Part shown: positions 10,067-19,810 of the stretch, piece by piece
Numbering within the stretch: position 1 is the stretch's first letter
Layout: each line of letters begins with the position of its first letter
Assembly: GCA_003251455.1 (NCBI GenBank)
Contig: QKFI01000233.1
Location: forward strand, 1-50,099
Direction of reading: 5' to 3'
DNA: 50,099 nt
Source: Tolumonas sp.
GTDB taxonomy: Bacteria > Pseudomonadota > Gammaproteobacteria > Enterobacterales > Aeromonadaceae
Position numbers and translations under genes: made by a program
The notes under the pieces: generated by a model
Told to the model about the DNA's origin: nothing
The model's input: only the letters and a program-made list of their open reading frames with translations
Database searches by the model: none

Positions 10067-11044
10067 ATGCGTCATTTATTGTTTTCGGTTGTACTGACGC
10101 TATCTGCAATGACACAAGCCTTAGCTGATCCAACAGCTGAGGCTTTATTATTCCAGATGCAGCGAGGTTATCATCACAACAATTTTGAGTTGTCGATGGT
10201 GCATATCTTACAAAATAAAATTGATCCGATTCGGTTAACTCATGGCTGGTCAGGTAAAACAGAAATTACTCATGTCCTGAATATGAGTGGCCCACCTGTC
10301 GAGTATCTGGCAAAAAATCGTACAGTAACATTTGCAGAAACATCGCAAGGTTCTTATACCTTGCAGAATTCGCATTTGCCCGGATTATTCTTTGCTTTGC
10401 TTGATGCATCGGCTGAGCATCTTCAGGCAAATTATGATGTTGTTGTGACGAATAGAAACCGAGTTGCAGGCCAGATCGCACAAGCAATCCGTCTTACACC
10501 AAAACATGATGGAAAATATGGGTTTACATTATGGCTTGAGCATGAAACCGGTATATTGCTTCGCCTTGATATCGTCGATATGTCAGGAAATCTCGTTGAG
10601 CAATATTTAGGGGTGAATTTCAATTTGTTGCCAGAACAAAGTGGTCAGATAAAAGAACTGGCTACTCTGACTGTTCCCGCCGCAACGCAAGTTGAAGATG
10701 TCTATTCATCAGAAACGCCTCATCATGAATGGGCATTAGGATGGTTACCGGATGGATTAACCGTCGTATCAAATGACCGTCATAAACCAGTTGGCAGTGA
10801 ACAGGTTGTGGACTATTTCTTGCTTTCAGATGGTTTAGTCAATGTTTCTGTATATATTGCAGACAATGAGCTCCGTCAGAAAAGCCGTGAACGCGAACAA
10901 CTTGCGATGCACGGTGCGACAACGATTTTGAATAGCAGTCGGGATGATGGACTGGTTGTTACGTTAGTTGGTGAATTACCAGCGACAACCTTGCGACATA
11001 TAGCAGAGACTATCCATAAAACACAGAAGGGGGATAGTCCATGA
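10067..11044 (+). CDS. rseB: RseB/MucB periplasmic regulator
   Basis: Signal peptide; RVAG, W.LGWLP.G, SDGL..VSVY, VGELP; operon position. Confidence 0.92.
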   Translation: MRHLLFSVVLTLSAMTQALADPTAEALLFQMQRGYHHNNFELSMVHILQNKIDPIRLTHGWSGKTEITHVLNMSGPPVEYLAKNRTVTFAETSQGSYTLQNSHLPGLFFALLDASAEHLQANYDVVVTNRNRVAGQIAQAIRLTPKHDGKYGFTLWLEHETGILLRLDIVDMSGNLVEQYLGVNFNLLPEQSGQIKELATLTVPAATQVEDVYSSETPHHEWALGWLPDGLTVVSNDRHKPVGSEQVVDYFLLSDGLVNVSVYIADNELRQKSREREQLAMHGATTILNSSRDDGLVVTLVGELPATTLRHIAETIHKTQKGDSP

Positions 11045-11487
11045 TTGAAGCGATTGCAACCGTGGTTGCCTGTAATCAGGGTAAGGTAAAAGTTGAGTAT
11101 ACCCGGGCATCGGCATGCGGTCATTGCCAGCACGAATCAAGCTGTAGCATCAGTGCGGTTAATGAAGCTGAATCAAAAATACAGATCATTGAGATCGACT
11201 CAACGCTTGATTTAGTCAACGGGCAACAGGTTCGGATAGGTATTCCAGAAAAAAGTCTGGTCAAGGGCGCTTTGCTGGCTTATATCGTTCCACTTGTCTG
11301 TATTTTAGCTGGAGCAATCTCAGGCCATATGATGGGGAATGGTCAAGATTTGCCATCTATTTTGGGAGCTCTATTGGGTGGGATTCTTGGATTTACGATC
11401 ATCAAATGGCGGTCTCGATCAAAAGGTGTTTCGGAATATAAGCCTGTCATTCTTGGTATTGCGATTCCAATCGTCACTCAAATGTAA
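11041..11487 (+). CDS. rseC: RseC
   Basis: SACGHC...C motif, GQQVRIGIPE, LLAYIVPL. Confidence 0.9.
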   Translation: MIEAIATVVACNQGKVKVEYTRASACGHCQHESSCSISAVNEAESKIQIIEIDSTLDLVNGQQVRIGIPEKSLVKGALLAYIVPLVCILAGAISGHMMGNGQDLPSILGALLGGILGFTIIKWRSRSKGVSEYKPVILGIAIPIVTQM

Positions 11488-11635
11488 TCATCCTTCCATC
11501 ATTACGGGATATTCAGACCTGTTTATTGGTGGTTGGATATCCTATATATGAATCAGTCATAGCTCTGATGCTCCGAATCCAGTAAAATCCTGCCCAAATT
11601 ACCGTTCATAACACGACATTAGACATTAAGACCAC

Positions 11636-13432
11636 ATGAAGAACATTCGTAACTTCTCGATTATTGCTCACATTGACCATGGTAAATCAACTTTATCTGA
11701 TCGCTTGATTCAAATTTGCGGCGGTTTATCTGATCGGGAAATGCAGCAGCAAGTCCTTGACTCGATGGATCTGGAACGTGAACGCGGGATTACGATTAAA
11801 GCGCAAAGTGTAACGTTGCACTATAAAGCGAATGATGGTGAGACTTATCAGTTAAACTTTATCGACACACCCGGCCACGTGGATTTTTCTTATGAAGTAT
11901 CCCGTTCTCTAGCCGCATGTGAAGGTGCTTTGTTGGTTGTTGATGCCGGTCAGGGTGTTGAAGCGCAAACGCTCGCCAACTGTTATACGGCGATGGAAAT
12001 GGATCTGGAAGTTGTTCCGGTCCTGAACAAAATTGATTTACCTCAGGCAGAACCAGAGCGTGTTGCTGAGGAAATTGAAGATATCGTTGGTATTGACGCT
12101 GTAGAAGCCGTTCGTTGTTCTGCAAAAACGGGTTTAGGTGTTGACGCTGTACTCGAAGAAATCGTGAAGAAAATTCCTGCGCCAGAAGGGAATCCGGATG
12201 GTCCGTTGCAGGCATTGATCATTGACTCTTGGTTTGATGACTACTTGGGTGTTGTATCTTTAGTTCGAATTAAAAATGGTTCATTGAAAAAGAACGATAA
12301 GATCAAAGTGATGAGCACCGGTCAAGCGTGGGGTGTTGATCGTCTGGGTATTTTTACACCGAAACAGAAAGACTTAACTGAACTGACCTGTGGTGAAGTA
12401 GGCTGGGTTGTTTGCGGTATTAAAGATATTCACGGTGCGCCAGTGGGGGACACCTTAACTTTGGCGAAAAACGGAGCCGAAAAGGCATTACCTGGATTTA
12501 AAAAGGTAAAACCGCAGGTTTATGCCGGTTTGTTCCCTATCTCTTCTGATGACTATGAAGCATTCCGTGATGCATTAGAAAAACTGTCATTAAATGATGC
12601 ATCTCTGTTTTATGAACCAGAAAACTCTGCGGCTCTGGGTTTCGGCTTCCGTTGTGGTTTCCTTGGCATGTTGCATATGGAGATCATTCAGGAGCGTTTG
12701 GAGCGTGAATACGATCTTGATCTGATCACGACAGCGCCAACGGTTGTTTATGAAATTCAGCTAACAGATGGTTCGGTCATTCAAATTGATAGCCCTGCAC
12801 GATTACCTGCAGTCACGAGTATTCAGGAGTTACGTGAACCAATTGCTGAGTGTAACATTTTGGTTCCTCAGGATTATTTAGGGAATGTAATTACCTTATG
12901 TATTGAGAAACGTGGTGTTCAGACTAATATGGTCTATCACGGCAATCAGGTCGCGTTAACATATGAAATTCCAATGGCTGAAGTTGTTCTTGATTTCTTT
13001 GACCGACTGAAGTCAACCAGCCGTGGCTATGCCTCTTTGGATTACACGTTCAAACGCTTCCAAGAAGCAAATATGGTGCGCCTCGACATCATGATCAACG
13101 GTGAACGAGTTGATGCATTAGCCATCATTACGCATAAGGATAACGCGCAAACTCGCGGTCGCCTGTTAGTTGAAAAAATGAAGGAATTGATCCCTCGTCA
13201 GATGTTTGATATTGCTATTCAGGCAGCGATTGGAAACCAAATTATAGCGCGCAGTACCGTCAAGGCGATGCGTAAAGACGTTCTTGCAAAATGTTATGGT
13301 GGGGATGTCAGCCGTAAGAAAAAACTGTTGAATAAACAGAAAGAAGGTAAAAAACGTATGAAATCCCTGGGTCGCGTTGATGTACCTCAAGAGGCATTCC
13401 TTGCGATCCTTCATGTTGGTAAGGATAGTTAA
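11636..13432 (+). CDS. lepA: elongation factor 4 (LepA)
   Basis: [40 protein letters not shown]. Confidence 0.99.
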   Translation: MKNIRNFSIIAHIDHGKSTLSDRLIQICGGLSDREMQQQVLDSMDLERERGITIKAQSVTLHYKANDGETYQLNFIDTPGHVDFSYEVSRSLAACEGALLVVDAGQGVEAQTLANCYTAMEMDLEVVPVLNKIDLPQAEPERVAEEIEDIVGIDAVEAVRCSAKTGLGVDAVLEEIVKKIPAPEGNPDGPLQALIIDSWFDDYLGVVSLVRIKNGSLKKNDKIKVMSTGQAWGVDRLGIFTPKQKDLTELTCGEVGWVVCGIKDIHGAPVGDTLTLAKNGAEKALPGFKKVKPQVYAGLFPISSDDYEAFRDALEKLSLNDASLFYEPENSAALGFGFRCGFLGMLHMEIIQERLEREYDLDLITTAPTVVYEIQLTDGSVIQIDSPARLPAVTSIQELREPIAECNILVPQDYLGNVITLCIEKRGVQTNMVYHGNQVALTYEIPMAEVVLDFFDRLKSTSRGYASLDYTFKRFQEANMVRLDIMINGERVDALAIITHKDNAQTRGRLLVEKMKELIPRQMFDIAIQAAIGNQIIARSTVKAMRKDVLAKCYGGDVSRKKKLLNKQKEGKKRMKSLGRVDVPQEAFLAILHVGKDS

Positions 13433-13435
13433 TTA

Positions 13436-14356
13436 ATGGCGAATACGTTTGCATTGATCTTGGTGATTGTCACAGTTGTGACCGGTTTGATTTGGGCTGT
13501 CGATCATTGGTTTTTAATGGGCTTGCGCGCTAAAAATGCGCGTAAAGCACAGTCAATGAGTAAGATCCCGTTATCTACTGAAGCAATTAATAAATTAACG
13601 GCTGAACCAGTATGGGTCGAGCAGGCTAAAGGTATCTTCCCTGTTATTGCGGTTGTTTTAGTTTTACGCTCATTTTTATTTGAACCATTTCAGATTCCGT
13701 CTGGCTCAATGATGCCAACGTTATTGGATGGTGATTTTATTCTTGTGAATAAATTTGAATATGGGCTAAAGGATCCTATTTCGAATGTAACTTTAGTCGA
13801 GATGGAGCATCCGAAACGGGGCGATGTCGTCGTTTTCAAATATCCTGAAAACCCTAAGATCGATTACATCAAACGTGTGATTGGTTTACCGGGCGATAAA
13901 GTAATTTTCCGGAATAAGCAACTTTATCTCCAACTAGCTTGTAAGCAAGCCTCTACCTGCGAACCGATGAAACATATTGAAGCTGACTTTGTTGAGAGTG
14001 GAAACTACAGTCAGTTGGGGATGCCGCTGGAAGAATATAATGAGCATTTAGTGCCGGGTAAAACCCATGCGATTCTGAGAAATAAATATATTCCGGATCG
14101 TGTGGAATATTATTATCAGCAACCAGATATGGCAGTAGGTGAGTGGGTTGTACCTGAAGGCCATTATTTTGTTATGGGTGATAACCGCGACAATAGTCAG
14201 GATGGTCGATTCTGGGGATTTGTACCTGAACGTAACCTGGTGGGTAGAGCGGTAGCCATATGGATGAGTTTTGAATTTGATCATCCTGCTGATAGTTCTC
14301 TACCGAGTTGGGTGCCAACCGGTGTTCGTCTTAACAGGATAGGCAGTATTCAGTGA
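13436..14356 (+). CDS. lepB: signal peptidase I
   Basis: IPSGSMMPTL, DYIKRVIGLPGD, MGDNRDNSQDGRFWG. Confidence 0.97.
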   Translation: MANTFALILVIVTVVTGLIWAVDHWFLMGLRAKNARKAQSMSKIPLSTEAINKLTAEPVWVEQAKGIFPVIAVVLVLRSFLFEPFQIPSGSMMPTLLDGDFILVNKFEYGLKDPISNVTLVEMEHPKRGDVVVFKYPENPKIDYIKRVIGLPGDKVIFRNKQLYLQLACKQASTCEPMKHIEADFVESGNYSQLGMPLEEYNEHLVPGKTHAILRNKYIPDRVEYYYQQPDMAVGEWVVPEGHYFVMGDNRDNSQDGRFWGFVPERNLVGRAVAIWMSFEFDHPADSSLPSWVPTGVRLNRIGSIQ

Positions 14357-14995
14357 ACGATAAATTACCACGTTTAGAAAACAAACTTGGGTATACATTC
14401 CAAAATAAGTAGTGCCGGTGCTCGCCACAATGAACGTTTGGAGTTCTTAGGTGACTCTATTCTGAGTTTGGTGATTGCTGAGGTTTTATTCTATCGCTTT
14501 CCGAATGTAAGTGAAGGCGATATGAGCCGCATGCGTGCTACGTTAGTACGGGAAAAGACTCTCGCCGAGCTTGCCAGAGAATTTGTTCTTGGTGAGTATC
14601 TTATACTCGGGCCGGGCGAACTAAAAAGCGGTGGTTATCGCCGGGAGTCTATTCTGGCTGATACCGTGGAAGCGCTGATTGGTGCAATTTATCTGGATAG
14701 TAATCTGGATAGTATTCGTACATTATTATTGACATGGTACAACAACCGACTAGACAACATTCGTCCGGGTGCTGAGCAGAAAGATCCGAAAACTCGTTTA
14801 CAGGAGTTTCTGCAAGGACGGCGTCGCCCTTTGCCTTCTTACTCAGTTATAGATGTCAAAGGGGAGGCGCATAATCAGCAATTTACTGTTGAGTGTGTGA
14901 TTGATGGTGCAGATAACACGTTTGTAGGAGTTGGTTCTAGTCGTCGTAAGGCGGAACAATCTGCCGCAGAAAGAGCGCTGGAACATTTAGTATGA
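14353..14995 (+). pseudogene. rnc: ribonuclease III, frameshifted near 14410 (about 29 nt missing; possibly an assembly error)
   Basis: GTG 14353 reads [19 protein letters not shown] then TAG; another frame resumes at [15 protein letters not shown]. The conserved LL..ALTHR segment is absent. Confidence 0.9.
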
Positions 14996-15894
14996 CCGAA
15001 GAAAAAACATATTGTGGCTTTGTCGCAATTGTAGGACGCCCGAATGTTGGGAAGTCTACTTTATTAAATAAATTACTGGGGCAAAAGGTCAGTATTACGT
15101 CTAAGAAGCCGCAGACGACCCGTCACCGTATTTTGGGCATCGATACACAAGGTGCGTATCAAACGGTTTTTGTTGATACACCCGGTTTGCACATTGAAGA
15201 AAAACGAGCCATTAACCGTTTAATGAACCGTGCTGCTACCAGCTCCTTGGGCGATGTAGAGATGGTTGTTTTTGTAGTTGATGGAACGCAATGGACCGAC
15301 GATGACGAAATGGTTTTAAACAAATTACGTTATTTGAAGTGTCCAGTAGTCTTGGCTGTGAACAAAGTTGATCAGATCAAAGATAAAGAGACTTTATTGC
15401 CACATTTACAATGGTTGGCAACCAAAGGTAACTTTGCTGAGATCATGCCTATTTCTGCCCAGAAAGGCACGAATATAGAAAAAATCAGGGAAATGGCGAA
15501 AGCGCTGTTGCCAGAAGGTCTGCACTATTTCCCTGAAGATTACATCACGGATCGTAGTTCTCGCTTTATGGCGTCTGAAATTGTTCGTGAAAAGCTGATG
15601 CGTTTTATGGGTGAAGAATTACCTTATTCCGTAACAGTAGAAATAGAGCAATTCAAAGTTCGTGAAGATGGTATTTTCCATATCAATGCATTGATTCTGG
15701 TTGAACGTGAAGGCCAGAAAAAAATGGTCATCGGCAACAAAGGTGACAAGCTGAAAACGATTGGCACTGAAGCACGACTCGACATGGAGCGTTTGTTCGG
15801 TCAGCGTGTTTTCCTTGAACTTTGGGTGAAAGTGAAATCTGGTTGGGCTGATGATGAGCGAGCTTTACGTAGCTTAGGTTATGGTGATGACTGA
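14992..15894 (+). CDS. era: GTPase Era
   Basis: [19 protein letters not shown]-domain VIGNKG. Confidence 0.98.
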   Translation: MTEEKTYCGFVAIVGRPNVGKSTLLNKLLGQKVSITSKKPQTTRHRILGIDTQGAYQTVFVDTPGLHIEEKRAINRLMNRAATSSLGDVEMVVFVVDGTQWTDDDEMVLNKLRYLKCPVVLAVNKVDQIKDKETLLPHLQWLATKGNFAEIMPISAQKGTNIEKIREMAKALLPEGLHYFPEDYITDRSSRFMASEIVREKLMRFMGEELPYSVTVEIEQFKVREDGIFHINALILVEREGQKKMVIGNKGDKLKTIGTEARLDMERLFGQRVFLELWVKVKSGWADDERALRSLGYGDD

Positions 15895-16606
15895 GTCGGA
15901 TTTTTTTCCGGCTTTTGTTCTTCATACCCGTCCTTATCGGGAAACCAGTCAACTCGTTGATCTCTTTGTTGCAACAGCAGGCAAAGTGACGGTTGTTGCG
16001 AGAGGCTCCCGATCTGCTCGCTCAACGATTAAAGGGCTTTTACAGCCCTTTATTCCATTAAATGTGCGCTATTCAGGAAAAACAGCACTCAAATCCCTTC
16101 AGCTCATTGAGTCGCAAAGTTTGCAGGTTTCTCTTCCCGGAGAACGTTTATTCAGTGCGATGTATCTGAATGAATTGTTATATTATTTGCTTGAGCACGA
16201 TACAGAATATCCTGGGCTCTATAGCTTATATTTTCAGTCTTTGCTGAATCTATCGGACATTAATAAACCTGTCGCTATCACATTACGTGAATTTGAGTTC
16301 GTTTTATTACAGCAACTTGGATACGGTGCTGATTTTGAATTTGCAGCGGATACTGGGCTTCCTATTGAACCTGACCAATTTTACCGCTATGAACTTGAGT
16401 CAGGTTTTTTGAGTACTGATATCCAGGATAAACTTTCCTTTTCTGGAGAAGAGATTCTAGGGATCGCTCATCAATGTTTTGATAAACCATTGGTTTCTAC
16501 TGCAGCTCGTCGTTTTTGTCGCCAAGCTCTAGGTACTTTATTGGGTAACCGACGCCTGAAAAGTCGGGAATTATATTCTGCGTTTATCGCAAGGAGATCT
16601 GAATGA
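15887..16606 (+). CDS. recO: DNA repair protein RecO
   Basis: [33 protein letters not shown]. Confidence 0.95.
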   Translation: MTESDFFPAFVLHTRPYRETSQLVDLFVATAGKVTVVARGSRSARSTIKGLLQPFIPLNVRYSGKTALKSLQLIESQSLQVSLPGERLFSAMYLNELLYYLLEHDTEYPGLYSLYFQSLLNLSDINKPVAITLREFEFVLLQQLGYGADFEFAADTGLPIEPDQFYRYELESGFLSTDIQDKLSFSGEEILGIAHQCFDKPLVSTAARRFCRQALGTLLGNRRLKSRELYSAFIARRSE

Positions 16607-17343
16607 GTAGTATTTTGTTAGGTGTGAATATTGACCATGTGGCCACATTAAGAAATGCGCGTGGTACAGCTTATCCTGATCCTGTATTTGCCGCAGCACT
16701 GGCAGAACAAGCGGGTGCAGATGGCATCACGATTCATTTACGTGAAGATCGTCGACATATCACGGATCGTGATGTTGAAATCATTCGTCAGACAGTAAAA
16801 ACTCGCTTGAATCTGGAGATGGCTGTTACAGACGAAATGGTCGGTATAGCATGCCGCGTAAAACCTCATTTTGTATGTCTGGTACCTGAGAAACGTCAGG
16901 AAGTCACGACCGAAGGTGGCTTAGATGTTGCTGGCCAGCTTGGTAAAGTGAAGGATGCCGTCGAAAAGCTCTCTGCTGTTGGCGCTAAGGTTTCTCTGTT
17001 CATCGATGCGGATCATGCACAAATTGATGCTGCAGTGGAATGTGGTGCACCTTTCATTGAAATTCATACCGGTCGCTATGCTGATGCTGAAACTGAGGAA
17101 GAGCAATCAGAAGAACTTGCTCGTATTGTCGAAGCTGCCGCATATGCGCATCATCGTGGCTTAAAAGTGAATGCTGGACATGGTTTGCATTATCATAACG
17201 TGCAGCCTATTGCGGCAATTCCTGAAATGGTTGAGCTGAATATTGGTCATGCAATCATTGCTCGTGCCGTGTTCACCGGTTTGCCGGAGGCTGTGGCTGA
17301 AATGCGTCGTTTGATGATTGAAGCACGCCAAATGAAGAAATAA
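16603..17343 (+). CDS. pdxJ: pyridoxine 5'-phosphate synthase
   Basis: [37 protein letters not shown]. Confidence 0.98.
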   Translation: MSSILLGVNIDHVATLRNARGTAYPDPVFAAALAEQAGADGITIHLREDRRHITDRDVEIIRQTVKTRLNLEMAVTDEMVGIACRVKPHFVCLVPEKRQEVTTEGGLDVAGQLGKVKDAVEKLSAVGAKVSLFIDADHAQIDAAVECGAPFIEIHTGRYADAETEEEQSEELARIVEAAAYAHHRGLKVNAGHGLHYHNVQPIAAIPEMVELNIGHAIIARAVFTGLPEAVAEMRRLMIEARQMKK

Positions 17344-17347
17344 AAAT

Positions 17348-17375
17348 AAAAAGGCCTGATTATTCAGGCCTTTTT
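17348..17375. terminator. bidirectional terminator between pdxJ and the decarboxylase
   Basis: AAAAAGGCCTGA-TTAT-TCAGGCCTTTTT. Confidence 0.85.
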
Positions 17376-17396
17376 CATGTCAGCGTATATCTTCGA

Positions 17397-18560
17397 TTAG
17401 GCTGCAGCTCGTTTTTGCTGAGCAGCTTCATCTGAATCAACAACCAAAATAGCTGCTTTCCGGAAGAAGTTAAATTCTGTCGCGGAAGCCCAAGTATATG
17501 CACCCATCATTTTACCGATGATGACATCACCTACATCGAGATCAGGAAGGTCGATGTTCTCAGCGATGACGTCAATACTATCGCAAGTTGGACCTGATAA
17601 TACGGCCGGTTTTGCTTCACCTTGAGCATACGGTGCAAATTTCGGGTAGTCGATGTGATCAAATAACTGGCCGCTATAGCTACCGTATAAACCATCATCC
17701 AGGTAATACCACATGCGGTTAAAGCGTTCAGCTTTACCCATGACGCAGGAAACAGAAGTCATACATGGCGCGCTAATAAAACGGCCAGGCTCTGCCAGTT
17801 TCCGGATGCCTTTTGGTGTTTCTGCTAATACATCACGAATCGGTGCACAGAAATTATATATATCAAAATCAGCACCATCAGCGCCGTAGTTCACCGGGAA
17901 GCCGCCGCCGATATCCAGTACTTGTAACTGAATGTTTTCAGACGCTGCGTCGCGGATAATTTGGTTACATGCGCTGATCGCTTCTACATGGCGGCGAGCA
18001 TGTGGAACCTGAGAACCGACATGGAAAGATAAACCAATAACGTTCAAACCCAACTCTTTTGCTTTTCGCAACAGAGGCAAAGCTGCTTCAGGGGTGCAGC
18101 CGAATTTCTTGGATAAATCCACTTTTGTTTCTGGGTTTGGAAAGCTGACGCGTAACAACAATTCCGCTTTGTCTTTATACGGTAAGAATTTTTCTAATTC
18201 GATAGGGTTATCGAATACAAATACTTTGCAACCGTATTCCAGTGCATAGCGAATATCGCCATCACGTTTAATCGGGTGTGTATGAATACAATCGTCCGGG
18301 TTGATTTGATTTTCTAACATCAGATCAACTTCACCGTTTGTGGCTAAATCAAAACCACAACCTTCTTCTTTTAAAACAGCAACAACAGCTGAGTGTGGCA
18401 ATGGCTTCAGTGCATAATGCATGCGAACACCAGGTAATGCGTTAATCAGCGCTCGATATTGCTTTCGAACTGCTGCCTGATCCAATACCAACAGAGGTGA
18501 ACCATAAGTTGCGACTAATTCGCGATAATCCAGGCCTTCAGGGACGATTTCATTATTCAT
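17397..18560 (-). CDS. fold-type III PLP ornithine (or lysine/ornithine) decarboxylase
   Basis: HYALKPLP (PLP lysine), SFHVGSQ, DIGGGF, EPGRF, DGLYGSY...FDH, GPTCDSID, GAYT; GAGGTG upstream of ATG 18560. Confidence 0.88.
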   Translation of the reverse strand: MNNEIVPEGLDYRELVATYGSPLLVLDQAAVRKQYRALINALPGVRMHYALKPLPHSAVVAVLKEEGCGFDLATNGEVDLMLENQINPDDCIHTHPIKRDGDIRYALEYGCKVFVFDNPIELEKFLPYKDKAELLLRVSFPNPETKVDLSKKFGCTPEAALPLLRKAKELGLNVIGLSFHVGSQVPHARRHVEAISACNQIIRDAASENIQLQVLDIGGGFPVNYGADGADFDIYNFCAPIRDVLAETPKGIRKLAEPGRFISAPCMTSVSCVMGKAERFNRMWYYLDDGLYGSYSGQLFDHIDYPKFAPYAQGEAKPAVLSGPTCDSIDVIAENIDLPDLDVGDVIIGKMMGAYTWASATEFNFFRKAAILVVDSDEAAQQKRAAA

Positions 18561-18648
18561 TGTCTGTTTACACCTCACAAAAGGGGCATGCCCTGTCTCA
18601 AGTGATACGCTTTTCGCAGCAGCAAAAAACGCGATGCTTTATAAAAAA

Positions 18649-18684
18649 TCCGGCGCATTATCGGGCTTTTATATGACAGTGCAA
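18649..18684 (-). promoter_or_regulatory. sigma70 promoter with a GC-rich (stringent-type) discriminator upstream of the decarboxylase
   Basis: TTGCAC-16 nt-GATAAT followed by GCGCCGG. Confidence 0.55.
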
Positions 18685-18913
18685 TAACTAATTTTGCATC
18701 GATCATGCTTGTTATTAATTTTAGCATGCAATTTCAGCATGAATGGGGGGTGTATATGTGGTTTTTTGGTAAAAAAATCTAATAAGATTGGCAAAAAATG
18801 GATTTTAACTTGTGTAATCGTCGGTTTTTGGCGGTAAATAAAGAATAATCTCGTAAATTTATCTTAATAAGAAATTTTTGTCATAAAGATAAAAATGCAT
18901 AAAAAAGCACAAT

Positions 18914-18946
18914 GTTACCATTTGGCGATGGGAACCAAATGGTAAC
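18914..18946 (-). terminator. hairpin downstream of rlmJ
   Basis: Perfect 12-bp inverted repeat GTTACCATTTGG/CCAAATGGTAAC; T-run a few nt downstream on the minus strand. Confidence 0.55.
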
Positions 18947-18958
18947 TGGTGTGATTTT

Positions 18959-19810
18959 TTAACCTTCTGAATTTTGCAGGTTTATTGACCAATTTGCTTG
19001 TGGTGATAAAGCCAGCCGCTCACACAGACGGGGAAGGATTGCTTCCAGTTTATCTTTCAATAACCAAGGTGGATTGAAGATAATCATCCCTGATCCATGC
19101 ATACCCCAAGTCATCGACTGTGCTTGTACTGCTAATTCGGTGGTCAACATTGGGATACCTAATTTTTCGAGTTCTTTCTTCATGTAGTGGCTGCGATCAG
19201 CCTCTTTTCCGAGTAACGGATACCACAGGGCAATAATACCTACCGGCCAGCGTTTCATCGTTTTTGTTATCGTTTTGATGACACGTTGATAATCTTCTTT
19301 GAGCTCATAAGATGGGTCGATCAGCGCAAATCCCCGACGAGGAGTTGGTGGTGTCAGACCAACTAAACCTTCAAAACCATCTCGGTGGTGAAGAGCGGTT
19401 CGTGGATCTTTCCCTATATGCTGACGAAGGATCTCAATTTCATTATTATGCAACTCCATCAGAATCAATCGATCTTGATCGCGGAGTAATTGCCGTGCGA
19501 TTTCTGGTGAACCGGGATAAAAATTTAATGGGGCATCCGGGGCATTCACTTGTTCGAGACAATTAAAGTAACTTTGTAATTCAGGCCACGCATCTTTTTC
19601 TTCCCAGAGACGAGCAATGCCATCCAGATATTCACTTTTTTTGTTTGCCCATTCACCAGTCAGGTCATAGCAACCGCTACCGGAATGCGTATCCAGATAA
19701 CAAAAAGGTTTGTCTTTTTGCTTGAGTTGTTCAATCAGAAAAGTCTGAACAATGTGTTTTAAAACGTCAGCGTGATTGCCGGCGTGAAAAGCATGGCGGT
19801 AACTTAACAT
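18959..19810 (-). CDS. rlmJ: 23S rRNA m6A2030 methyltransferase
   Basis: MLSYRHAFHAGNHADVLKH, YLDTHSG.G.Y, YPGSP, IDPSYE. Confidence 0.96.
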   Translation of the reverse strand: MLSYRHAFHAGNHADVLKHIVQTFLIEQLKQKDKPFCYLDTHSGSGCYDLTGEWANKKSEYLDGIARLWEEKDAWPELQSYFNCLEQVNAPDAPLNFYPGSPEIARQLLRDQDRLILMELHNNEIEILRQHIGKDPRTALHHRDGFEGLVGLTPPTPRRGFALIDPSYELKEDYQRVIKTITKTMKRWPVGIIALWYPLLGKEADRSHYMKKELEKLGIPMLTTELAVQAQSMTWGMHGSGMIIFNPPWLLKDKLEAILPRLCERLALSPQANWSINLQNSEG

